From: Cereibacter sphaeroides 2.4.1
GTDB taxonomy: Bacteria; Pseudomonadota; Alphaproteobacteria; Rhodobacterales; Rhodobacteraceae
Direction: 5' to 3'
Length of the DNA: 32,000 nt
NCBI RefSeq assembly: GCF_000012905.2
Contig: NC_007493.2
Location: 2,760,001-2,792,000, forward strand
The notes below the pieces were generated by a model that saw only the letters and a list, made by a program, of their open reading frames with translations, did no database searches and had not been told where the DNA came from. Shown piece after piece: positions 21,705 through 30,379 of this stretch (the stretch's first letter is position 1; each line of letters opens with the position of its first letter). The translations under genes were made by a program, and so were the position numbers.

Positions 21705-22460
21705 ATGCTGAGCCACCTGCCCGCCGTCCTGATGCCGCTCGACCTCCTCGCCGTGGTGCTCCTGCTCCTCGCCTGGGCGGGCACCGGGCATTTCTGCGAA
21801 CATCCTCCGGCGCACCGGCCGTCGGTCTCCTGGCTGATGAAGGAGCATCGCCGCGCCTGGATGCGCGAGATGGTGAGCCGCTCGCCGCGGATCTTCGACG
21901 CGAGCGTGATCGACAGCCTGCGGCGGGGCACCGCCTTCTTCGCCTCGGGCTCGATGATCGCCATCGGCGGCGGCATGGCCCTGATCGGCAATCAGGACCG
22001 GCTCGAGACGCTGGTGGAGGACCTGACGCTGCCCACCGACACGGTGCGGCTCGAGCTGCGGGTGATCCTCGTCCTCTTCATCGTCGCCAACGCCTTCCTG
22101 AAGTTCGTCTGGGCGCACCGCGTCTTCGGCTATTGCGCGATCCTGATGGCGGCGGTGCCCAATGCACCCGAGGATCCCCGCGCCTATCCGCTGGCGGCGC
22201 AGGCGGCCGAGGTGAACATCAACGCCGCCCGCAATTTCAACAGCGGGCTCCGTGCGGTCTTCTTCGCCCTTGCGGCACTCGGCTGGCTGCTGGGGCCGGT
22301 GGCCCTGATCCTCACCACCCTCGCCACGAGCTTCGCCATCCTGCGGGCCGAATTCAACTCGGGCACCCGCGCGGCGATCCTCGACACGAGCCGGATCGAC
22401 CCGCGGCTTCTCTATCCCGTGGGGTTCGGCCCGCCGCCTTCGACCGGCAAGGGCGGCTGA
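21705..22460 (+). CDS. DUF599-family membrane protein
   Basis: Lies in the frame of track ORF 21663..22460, which begins at a TTG. The first ATG at 21705 (MLSHLPAVLMPLDLLAVVLLLL) is preferred, although it has no clear SD. The protein is polytopic, and the segment HRRAWMREM...RIFDASVIDSLRRGTAFFAS resembles DUF599 proteins as I remember them. Confidence 0.75.
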   Translation: MLSHLPAVLMPLDLLAVVLLLLAWAGTGHFCEHPPAHRPSVSWLMKEHRRAWMREMVSRSPRIFDASVIDSLRRGTAFFASGSMIAIGGGMALIGNQDRLETLVEDLTLPTDTVRLELRVILVLFIVANAFLKFVWAHRVFGYCAILMAAVPNAPEDPRAYPLAAQAAEVNINAARNFNSGLRAVFFALAALGWLLGPVALILTTLATSFAILRAEFNSGTRAAILDTSRIDPRLLYPVGFGPPPSTGKGG

Positions 22461-22462
22461 GG

Positions 22463-24526
22463 TCAGGCCCTGCGGCCGAAGCGCCCCTCGCGGAGCCAGG
22501 CGCCGAGTGCCAGGCCCGCGGCCAGCAGAAGATAGAGCCAGCCCGGCAGCAACGCCGCCACCCGCACATCCTGCGTGACATGGGCGCCGCGCGGCGTGAT
22601 CCCGATCCAGCCGCGGCCCGCCGCCACCCGCCCCTCGCGCACCGAGCGGATGTCCGGCGCGCCGTCCTCCAGCCGGAGGGTGCCCCCGTTGGTGGGCGCG
22701 ATCACCGGGGCGAGCTTGTCGCCGCTGGCGATGGTCTCCTCGAACTCGCGCGGCGCCGACGGGCCGACGGCGATCACCGCCTTCTGCTCGCCCTGCGCCA
22801 GCCGGTAGACCCCCATTTCGGGCGCCTCCCAGGTGACGGCCCAGCGCCCGGGCGCGGCTTCCTGCATGGGAAGCGCCGTCTCGGTGCCGTCGGGGCCGGT
22901 GACCGTGACATCGCCCGGATCCTCGCCGATGGTGCGGCGCGTAACGGTCATGGTGGCGCCCTCGGCCGAGGCGACCAGTGCCTCCTCCTCGAGGTCGGGC
23001 TCCTTCATCATCCAGTGCGCGAGCCGCCGCAGCAGTTCGAGCTGCGGCCCGCCGCCCTCGTAGCCCCGGCCCCAGAGCCAGATCTGGTCCGAGGCGAGCA
23101 CGGCGATCCGCCCCTCGCCCACCCGGTCGAGGACGAGGAGCGGCCGGTCGCCCGCCCCGTTCATCACCACCTGCCCCGAGGTGGCGGAAAGCTCGATCTG
23201 GCGGAACCAGCGGCCCCAGCCGCCTTCGGGCGCCTGTGCCTCCAGCCCCTGCGTCACGGGATGCTTGCGGCCGATGTCGGTCAGGGTCGGGCGGAAGCCG
23301 CCCTCGATCACCCGGCTCGTGGCCTGCACCGGCATCACGTCGGCCAGAGGCGAGCGCCAGAGACTGTCGGCCGAGCCGAATTCCGGCCCCGCAGCCACCA
23401 GCACCGTGCCGCCGTTGCGCACATACTCCCGCACATTCTCGAGGTAGGAGGTCGGCAGGATCCCTCGCAGCCGGTAGCGGTCGAAGATGATGAGGTCGAA
23501 CTCCTCGATCTTCTCGACGAACAGCTCGCGCGTGGGAAAGGCGATCAGCGACAGCTCCGAGACGGGGATGCCATCCTGCTTCTCGGGCGGGCGCAGGATG
23601 GTGAAATGCACCAGATCCACGGACGCATCGGATTTCAGGAGGTTGCGCCAGACCCGCTCGCCCGCGTGCGGCTCGCCCGAGACGAGCAGCACCCGCAGCC
23701 GGTCGCGCACCCCGTTGATCTGGACGACCGCCGAATTGTTGCGGTCTGTCAACTCGTCGGGCGAGGCCGCGACCTGAAACTGCAGCACGTTCATGCCCCC
23801 GTGCGGCAGCGTCACCGGCAGCTCCAGATCCTCGCCCACCGGGACGGTGAAGGTCTGCGGTTCGCCCCCGTCGATCGAGACCACGAGATCCGCCGATGTC
23901 CCCGCCGAGGCCGGGACCTGTCCCTGATCCTCGATCCGAAGCGTGAGCGACACGGGCTCGCCCAGAATGGCGAAGGCCGGCGCGTTGCGGATTACGAGCC
24001 GCCGATCCCAGTCCTCCTCGTGGCCGGTCAGCAGCACATGGAGCGGCGCGGGCATCTGCGGCGCGAGCTCGAGATCGTGGACCTGCCCGTCGGTGATGAG
24101 GATGGCGCCCGCCACCCGCGCCCGCGGCTCTTCGGCCAAGGCCTCGGAGAGCGCGGTCATCACCAGCGAGCCCTCGTCGCCCTCGCCGTCGCCCACCCGG
24201 ACCACGCGCAGCTCGGTGTTGCCGAGCGCCCGAACCTCGGCTTCGACGGCGGCCAGCGCCGCGGCACTCTGGTCCGCCCGGTCGCCGATGCGCTGGCTTG
24301 CGCTCTCGTCCACCACCGCGATCACGATGTCCGAAAGGGGGGCGCGGTCTTCCTCCTGCAGGGCCGGATTGGCCAGCGCCAGAAGCAGCACGCCCAGCGC
24401 CAGCCCGCGCAGCCACCAGCCCGAAAGCCCCCGCCAGAGCGCCACCGCCACCATGAGGCCGCCCAGCGCGGCCAAGGCCCAGATCCCCGCCCAGGGCAGG
24501 ATCGGGTCGAAGACGAGTCCGGTCAT
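22463..24526 (-). CDS. membrane protein with vWA-like (DxSxS) domain and GATase1/ThuA-like central domain; fourth gene of the MoxR operon
   Basis: Lies in the frame of track ORF 22463..24622. The start is ATG 24526 (MTGLVFDPILPWAGIWALAALGG), overlapping the upstream stop (ATGA, 24523-24526). There are two N-terminal TM helices and a MIDAS-like IAVVDESASQ (DESAS at 24296-24310). The central segment is LRVLLVSGEPHAGERVWRNLLKSD...VHFTILRPP. A C-terminal TM anchor (LLPGWLYLLLAAGLALGAWL) closes the protein. Confidence 0.8.
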   Translation of the reverse strand: MTGLVFDPILPWAGIWALAALGGLMVAVALWRGLSGWWLRGLALGVLLLALANPALQEEDRAPLSDIVIAVVDESASQRIGDRADQSAAALAAVEAEVRALGNTELRVVRVGDGEGDEGSLVMTALSEALAEEPRARVAGAILITDGQVHDLELAPQMPAPLHVLLTGHEEDWDRRLVIRNAPAFAILGEPVSLTLRIEDQGQVPASAGTSADLVVSIDGGEPQTFTVPVGEDLELPVTLPHGGMNVLQFQVAASPDELTDRNNSAVVQINGVRDRLRVLLVSGEPHAGERVWRNLLKSDASVDLVHFTILRPPEKQDGIPVSELSLIAFPTRELFVEKIEEFDLIIFDRYRLRGILPTSYLENVREYVRNGGTVLVAAGPEFGSADSLWRSPLADVMPVQATSRVIEGGFRPTLTDIGRKHPVTQGLEAQAPEGGWGRWFRQIELSATSGQVVMNGAGDRPLLVLDRVGEGRIAVLASDQIWLWGRGYEGGGPQLELLRRLAHWMMKEPDLEEEALVASAEGATMTVTRRTIGEDPGDVTVTGPDGTETALPMQEAAPGRWAVTWEAPEMGVYRLAQGEQKAVIAVGPSAPREFEETIASGDKLAPVIAPTNGGTLRLEDGAPDIRSVREGRVAAGRGWIGITPRGAHVTQDVRVAALLPGWLYLLLAAGLALGAWLREGRFGRRA

Positions 24527-27300
24527 TGGCCGAGCCTTTCCAGAAGCGCCGGCACATGGACCTGATCCGACTTGTAGTTGCCGGTCAGCACATGCATCAC
24601 GAGGTTGATCCCGAAGCGCCACGCGATCTCGCGCTGCCGCTCGCCGGCATAGCCCCGGCCCACCGGCAGAAGCTCCATCCCGCGCGCATCCACCGCCCAG
24701 GCCGAGGCCCAGTCGTTGCCGCCGATCACCACCGGCGTCACGCCGTCATTGAGATTGCGGAACGGCATCCCCTCGGCCTGCTGCGCATCGGGCGGCGCGG
24801 CCTCGACCCAGACGGGCGCGTTCTGGTAGCGGCCTGGGAAATCCTGCAGGAGGTAGAAGGTGCGCGTCAGCACATGGTCCTGCGGGATCACCTCGAGCGG
24901 CGGAATGTCCAGGGGCGCGGCCAGCTGTTGCAAGCGCCGCGCCTCGGGCGTGGAGCCGCCGCCGCCCGTTCCGGCGTCGCGCGTGTCGAAGAGGATCATG
25001 CCGCCGGTGCGCAGATAGTCGTTGAGCCTGCCGTAGGCTTCGGCCGAGGGCATGGGCTGGCTTGCCGTCACAGGCCAGTAGAGGAAGGGGAAGAAGGCCA
25101 GCTCGTCCCGCTCGATGTCGAGTCCCATGGGCGCGCCCGGCTCGACCGAGGTCCGCTCGCGCAGCCTGAGGCCGAGGCCGCGCAGGCCCGCCTCGGCGAT
25201 GCGGTTCACCTCCGGGTCGTCGGTTTCGACATAGGCCAGATGCACCTCGGCCGTCGCCTCGACCGCGAAGCTCTCGGCGGCGGGATCCGGAGGGGCCTCG
25301 TCCTGCGCCCGCGCCTCGCCCGCGCCGAGCGCGAGGACCGCCGCCAGCAGCGCCGCGCCGCGCACCGCCCCCACGCGCGAGCCGAGACGGCCCGAGACAA
25401 AGAGCGCGGCCAGCACGTCGATGAGCAACAGCGCAAGCGCCCCCGCGAGGAAGGCGCCCTTCAGCGCCTGTTCCTCGCCGGCCTCCAGCCCCTCGACCGG
25501 GATCCGGTCGGGCCAGACCGCCGCGGCAAGCTGCGTTTCGGGGCCGACCGCGTTCAGCGCCACCCGCCGGTCGGACCCTGCATAGAGGCCGGGCAGCAGC
25601 GCGGGCCCCGGCGCGCCCTCGGCCAGCAGTTCGCCCGGCACGCCCGCCACCTCGCCCGCGTCGCGCGGCGCGCCGAAGCCGTCGAGCACCACCTCGGGCA
25701 CCCAGACCTGCCCCGCCAGATCGGCCGCATCCGGGGCCGCGGGACGGGTCGAGACCGCCAGCCGCTCCAGCATCTGCACGAAGAGGCCCGAGAGCGGCAG
25801 GGTCGACCATTCCGCATTCGCCGTCACATGGATGAGCACCACCTGCCCCTGCCCCACCGGTTTGCGGGTCACGAGCGGCGTGCCGTCGGCGAGCGAGGCG
25901 ATGGTGCGCGAGCCGAGCTCGGGATCGGGCTGCGCCAGCACCTGCGCCGTGACCGAAACCTCGGGCGGGATCGGCAGGCCGTGAAAGGGCGAGCCTTCGG
26001 GGAAAGGCGCGAGCGTCTTGGGCTCGCCCCAGCTCATGGCCCCACCGACCGTGCGGCCCCCTTCGCGCAGCCGCACCGGCAGCAGCGGATCCTCGGCCAT
26101 CCGGCTCACGTCCGACGAGGCGAGCAGCGGGCCCGCGAACCGCAGGAGGAGGCCGCCGCCGTCGAGCCAGTCGAGGATGCCGTCCTGCTCGGCCTGCGTG
26201 AGGCGCGCCACATCGGCCAGCACGATGACATCGGGGCTGGCCAGCAGCACATCCTGAAGCGAGCCGTCGATCAGGTCCGCGACCGGTTCCAGCGCCTGCC
26301 GCAGGTAATGGGTGGGCGACAGGAGTTGAAGCTGCTCGCGCCCCTCGCGGCCCGCGATCAGCGCCACCTTGCGCCGCTTGAGGCTGTCGTCGGTGAGGCT
26401 CACGGCGCCTGCCGATCGCACGCCGGCGATCTCGAAGCGCGAGATCCGGTTGCGCAGCTCGGGCGGCAGCGAGAGGGCGGCGCCTGCCTCGCGCGCACCG
26501 GCACCGAACTCGACCGTGGCGCGGGCCAGCTCGCGCTCGATCCCCGCCGGGTCGAGGCCGCGTGCCGAGACATCGATGGAAACCGCATCGGAGGCGGGCT
26601 CGCGCAGAGCCGAGAGCTGCACCGCACCGTCGGCAAAGCCCGACGGGCGCAGCGCCAGCACCGGGCGCGGGCTCTGGAACAGAGTGACGGCGCCGCGGGC
26701 TTCGAGGGCCGACAGCAGCGCCTCCCGTCCCGGATGATCGAGCCCGTCCGACAGCCAGAAGCTCTGGAACCGGCCCTCGGGCAGGGAGTCCGCCCAAAGG
26801 GTCAGGTCCGGCAGCCACGGGTTCGGGGCGAGGCCCGCCAGACGGCCCTCCCAGGCGCCCGCGCTCTGGAAGGCGGGGGTCTCGGGCCGGTCGGTCAGGC
26901 GGGCCACGGCCACGGTGCGGCCATCGCGCCCCGCCTCTTCGACCAGCGCCTTGGCGCGCTCCATCCGCCGCGGCCAGTCGCGGGCATCGGCCCAGCTTCC
27001 GTCCACGAGGATGAGGAGCGGCCCCGTGCCCGGCTCGCGCGCCTGCGGGTTGAGCACCGGGCCCGCGAAGGCCACGATGGCCGCGGCCACCGCCAGCATC
27101 CGCAGCAGCAGAAGCCACCACGGCGTCTTGTCGGTCTCGGTCTCTTCGTCCGATAGGCCCAGAAGCAGCGCCACGCCCGGAAAGCGGCGCCGGATCGGCG
27201 CGGGCGGCACGGCGCGCAGCAGAAGCCACAGGACCGGCAGCAGCAGAAGCCCCAGAAGCAGCCAGGGCGCCGTGAAGCCGATGGGGCCCAGGATCCACAT
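24523..27300 (-). CDS. large membrane protein: N-terminal BatA_N double-TM domain plus C-terminal DUF4159-like domain
   Basis: Lies in the frame of track ORF 24523..28200. The real start is ATG 27300 ([29 protein letters not shown], the aerotolerance-regulator N-terminal signature). Its ATG shares one nucleotide with the DUF58 stop (TGATG, 27298-27302). An internal TM region (FLAGALALLLIDVLAALFV) is present. The C-terminal domain carries FPFLYWP, DYLRTGGMILFD, FYLLQDFPGR, GGNDWASAWA and FGINLVMHVLTGNYKSDQVH. Confidence 0.85.
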   Translation of the reverse strand: MWILGPIGFTAPWLLLGLLLLPVLWLLLRAVPPAPIRRRFPGVALLLGLSDEETETDKTPWWLLLLRMLAVAAAIVAFAGPVLNPQAREPGTGPLLILVDGSWADARDWPRRMERAKALVEEAGRDGRTVAVARLTDRPETPAFQSAGAWEGRLAGLAPNPWLPDLTLWADSLPEGRFQSFWLSDGLDHPGREALLSALEARGAVTLFQSPRPVLALRPSGFADGAVQLSALREPASDAVSIDVSARGLDPAGIERELARATVEFGAGAREAGAALSLPPELRNRISRFEIAGVRSAGAVSLTDDSLKRRKVALIAGREGREQLQLLSPTHYLRQALEPVADLIDGSLQDVLLASPDVIVLADVARLTQAEQDGILDWLDGGGLLLRFAGPLLASSDVSRMAEDPLLPVRLREGGRTVGGAMSWGEPKTLAPFPEGSPFHGLPIPPEVSVTAQVLAQPDPELGSRTIASLADGTPLVTRKPVGQGQVVLIHVTANAEWSTLPLSGLFVQMLERLAVSTRPAAPDAADLAGQVWVPEVVLDGFGAPRDAGEVAGVPGELLAEGAPGPALLPGLYAGSDRRVALNAVGPETQLAAAVWPDRIPVEGLEAGEEQALKGAFLAGALALLLIDVLAALFVSGRLGSRVGAVRGAALLAAVLALGAGEARAQDEAPPDPAAESFAVEATAEVHLAYVETDDPEVNRIAEAGLRGLGLRLRERTSVEPGAPMGLDIERDELAFFPFLYWPVTASQPMPSAEAYGRLNDYLRTGGMILFDTRDAGTGGGGSTPEARRLQQLAAPLDIPPLEVIPQDHVLTRTFYLLQDFPGRYQNAPVWVEAAPPDAQQAEGMPFRNLNDGVTPVVIGGNDWASAWAVDARGMELLPVGRGYAGERQREIAWRFGINLVMHVLTGNYKSDQVHVPALLERLGQ

Positions 27301-28168
27301 CAGGAGGTGCGCTCCAGCGCGCGGTAGAGCCAGAGGAGCGCAGGCAGCGCCCCCTGCCCCGTGTGATGGCAATCGTAGTGCCAGCCCGAGGCCCGGGCGA
27401 GCGTGGCGAGCCGGTCCTTCCGCTCTGCCAGCCGCTCGAGATAGCGGGCACGCAGGTCGCCCGCGCGCAGCGTCTCGTGCCGGAGGCTGCCACCCATCGA
27501 CTCGAAGATCGTCCGCCCGTCGAAGGGGAAATCCTCCTCGGCCGGGTCCAGCACCTGCAGCAGCACGCCACGCACGTCGCGCTCGGCCGCCCGCTCCATC
27601 GCGCGCTCGACGCCCTCCATGTCGCCGAGGAAGTCCGACAGGAACACCATCCGCCCGTGCGGCACGAGGCCCGTCATGTCGGGCCGGCCGTAGTCGGCGG
27701 CGCCCTCCTCGGTCAGCGCATCGGCGAGGCGCAGCACCTGCGCCCGGCCCGAGCGGGGCCGCGCGGCCTCGCCGGTCAAGCCCACCCGCTCGCCGCCGCG
27801 CAGGAGGAGCACGGCCAGCGCCAGCGCCACCAGTTTCGCACGCTGGGCCTTGGTCTCGCGGTTGCCGTCGCCGGTGAAGGCCATCGAGCGCGAACTGTCG
27901 ACCCAGAAGTTCACCGTCTGCGCCGCCTGCCATTCGCGCTCGCGCACGAAATGGCTGTCGGAGCGGGCCGAGCGACGCCAGTCGATCATGCGCGCGCTGT
28001 CCCCCTCGTGCGCGGGGCGATACTGCCAGAATTCGTCGCCCATCCCGGCACGCCGGCGCCCGTGCTCGCCGAGGATCACGGTCGCGGCGAGATGTTCGGC
28101 CGAGGCCAGAAGGGGCGGCAGCGCCTGCCCCAGCGCCTCGGCCCGCGGGCGGAGGGCGAGGATGTCGG

Positions 28169-28172
<4 letters not shown>
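27300..28172 (-). CDS. DUF58 domain protein (vWA-like, MoxR-associated)
   Basis: A 290-aa ORF. Its GTG start (complement of 28170-28172) overlaps the MoxR stop (GTGA, 28169-28172). DUF58 hallmarks are [26 protein letters not shown] and the MIDAS-like WVDSSRSM (DSSRS at 27885-27899). Confidence 0.9.
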
Positions 28173-29185
<1,013 letters not shown>

Positions 29186-29222
29186 GACATCTCTCCCCGC
29201 GGCGTTATATGAGCATCAGACC

Positions 29223-29250
29223 AAACTATGACAGGCGGCACAAATGGCAA
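29223..29250 (-). promoter_or_regulatory. candidate sigma70-type promoter for the MoxR operon (TTGCCA-N16-TAGTTT)
   Basis: The minus strand has TTGCCA (29250-29245), a 16-nt spacer and TAGTTT (29228-29223). This is about 37 nt upstream of the moxR ATG. It is a motif match only. Confidence 0.35.
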
Positions 29251-29267
29251 AAAGCGGGGAGACACAA

Positions 29268-29834
29268 ATGATCGTGAAACCCTCGGCCGAGGGCGTGATG
29301 GCCTCGGCCGCCGCGGCCGTGAAGCAGCGCGGCCCCGCCCCGGTCCATCTGTGGAACCCGCCCTTCTGCGGCGACCTCGACCTCCGCATCGCCCGCGACG
29401 GCACATGGTTCTACCAGGGCACGCCCATCGGCCGGCCCGAGATGGTGCGGCTCTTCTCCACCATCCTGAAGCGCGAGGACGGGAAGTATTTTCTCGTGAC
29501 GCCGGTCGAAAAGGTGGGGATCGAAGTGGACGATGCGCCGTTCGTGGCGGTCGATTTCGAGACCGAGGGCAGCGGGCGGGACCGCCGCGTGACCTTCGTG
29601 ACCCAAGTGGGGGACATGGTGACGGCAGATCCCGAGCATCCGCTGCGGGTCGCGCGCGCGGAGGATGGCGAACCCTCGCCCTATGTGCTCGTCCGCGGCG
29701 GCCTCGAGGCGCTCATCGACCGCAAGTCCTTCTACCGGCTGGCCGAGATCGGCGAGCATCACGAAGACTGGTTCGGCCTCTGGTCGGGGGGCGCCTTCTT
29801 CCCGATGATCCCCTCGGCCGAACTGCCCGCATGA
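29268..29834 (+). CDS. DUF1285 domain protein
   Basis: Lies in the frame of track ORF 29244..29834. ATG 29268 is preferred because of the GGGGAGA SD at 29254-29260, with ATG 29244 as the alternative. The segment [44 protein letters not shown] matches DUF1285 proteins as I remember them. Confidence 0.82.
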   Translation: MIVKPSAEGVMASAAAAVKQRGPAPVHLWNPPFCGDLDLRIARDGTWFYQGTPIGRPEMVRLFSTILKREDGKYFLVTPVEKVGIEVDDAPFVAVDFETEGSGRDRRVTFVTQVGDMVTADPEHPLRVARAEDGEPSPYVLVRGGLEALIDRKSFYRLAEIGEHHEDWFGLWSGGAFFPMIPSAELPA

Positions 29835-30055
29835 TCCCGCCGCGGTTCGCCCCCTATCTCTTCGGGTTTCTCCTGTCGGGCTTCATGTCGGCCATCGTCT
29901 CGGGCGTGGCCACCTTCCGCGCGGCGGGCCTGCCGCCCGGCTTCGGCGGCCTCTGGCTCGGCGCCTGGCTCACCTCCTGGAGCATCGCCTTCCCGTCCGT
30001 GCTGGTCGCAGCCCCCCTCATCCGACGGCTGGTCGAGCGGCTGGTCCGGCGCTGA
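29831..30055 (+). CDS. DUF2798-like small membrane protein
   Basis: Forms the tail of track ORF 29228..30055. The start is ATG 29831, overlapping the DUF1285 stop (ATGA, 29831-29834). It encodes 74 aa with two hydrophobic helices ([24 protein letters not shown] and [23 protein letters not shown]). Confidence 0.7.
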   Translation: MIPPRFAPYLFGFLLSGFMSAIVSGVATFRAAGLPPGFGGLWLGAWLTSWSIAFPSVLVAAPLIRRLVERLVRR

Positions 30056-30088
30056 GTCCCGGATCGCGCGAAGCTGACCAGTCGGCCC

Positions 30089-30116
30089 TTGCCCCTGCGG
30101 CCTCGGCCGCTATCAT
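30089..30116 (+). promoter_or_regulatory. candidate sigma70-type promoter (TTGCCC-N16-TATCAT) upstream of the zf-CHCC gene and polA
   Basis: TTGCCC sits at 30089-30094, followed by a 16-nt spacer and TATCAT at 30111-30116. The -35 hexamer is the same as in the pyrB candidate. The track start at 30115 falls inside the -10 element, which supports the ATG 30154 start. Confidence 0.35.
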
Positions 30117-30153
30117 GCGCCGCCAGCCTAAGACGCGCCAGGAGAGTGCCCGA

Positions 30154-30333
30154 ATGTCGATCGAAGCCCCGGAAACCGTTGTCGTCTCGACCTGGAAGGT
30201 CGCCTGCGACGGAGGCGAGGGCGCGCTCGGCCATCCGCGCGTCTGGCTCTCGATCCCGCACGAGACGGGCTTCGTCGAATGCGGCTACTGCGATCGCCGC
30301 TACATCCACGAGAGCTTCGCCGCCGCGAAGTGA
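30154..30333 (+). CDS. zinc-finger (zf-CHCC type) small protein
   Basis: Lies in the frame of track ORF 30115..30333. The start is ATG 30154, after an AGGAGAG SD at 30140-30146. It encodes 59 aa with C-x(9)-H...C-x2-C ([17 protein letters not shown]...[10 protein letters not shown]), the NDUFS6-like zinc-finger pattern. Confidence 0.72.
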   Translation: MSIEAPETVVVSTWKVACDGGEGALGHPRVWLSIPHETGFVECGYCDRRYIHESFAAAK

Positions 30334-30379
30334 GCGCACGGCCCTTCTCGGGGCGACCTGATCATTCCGGGGAGGGACC

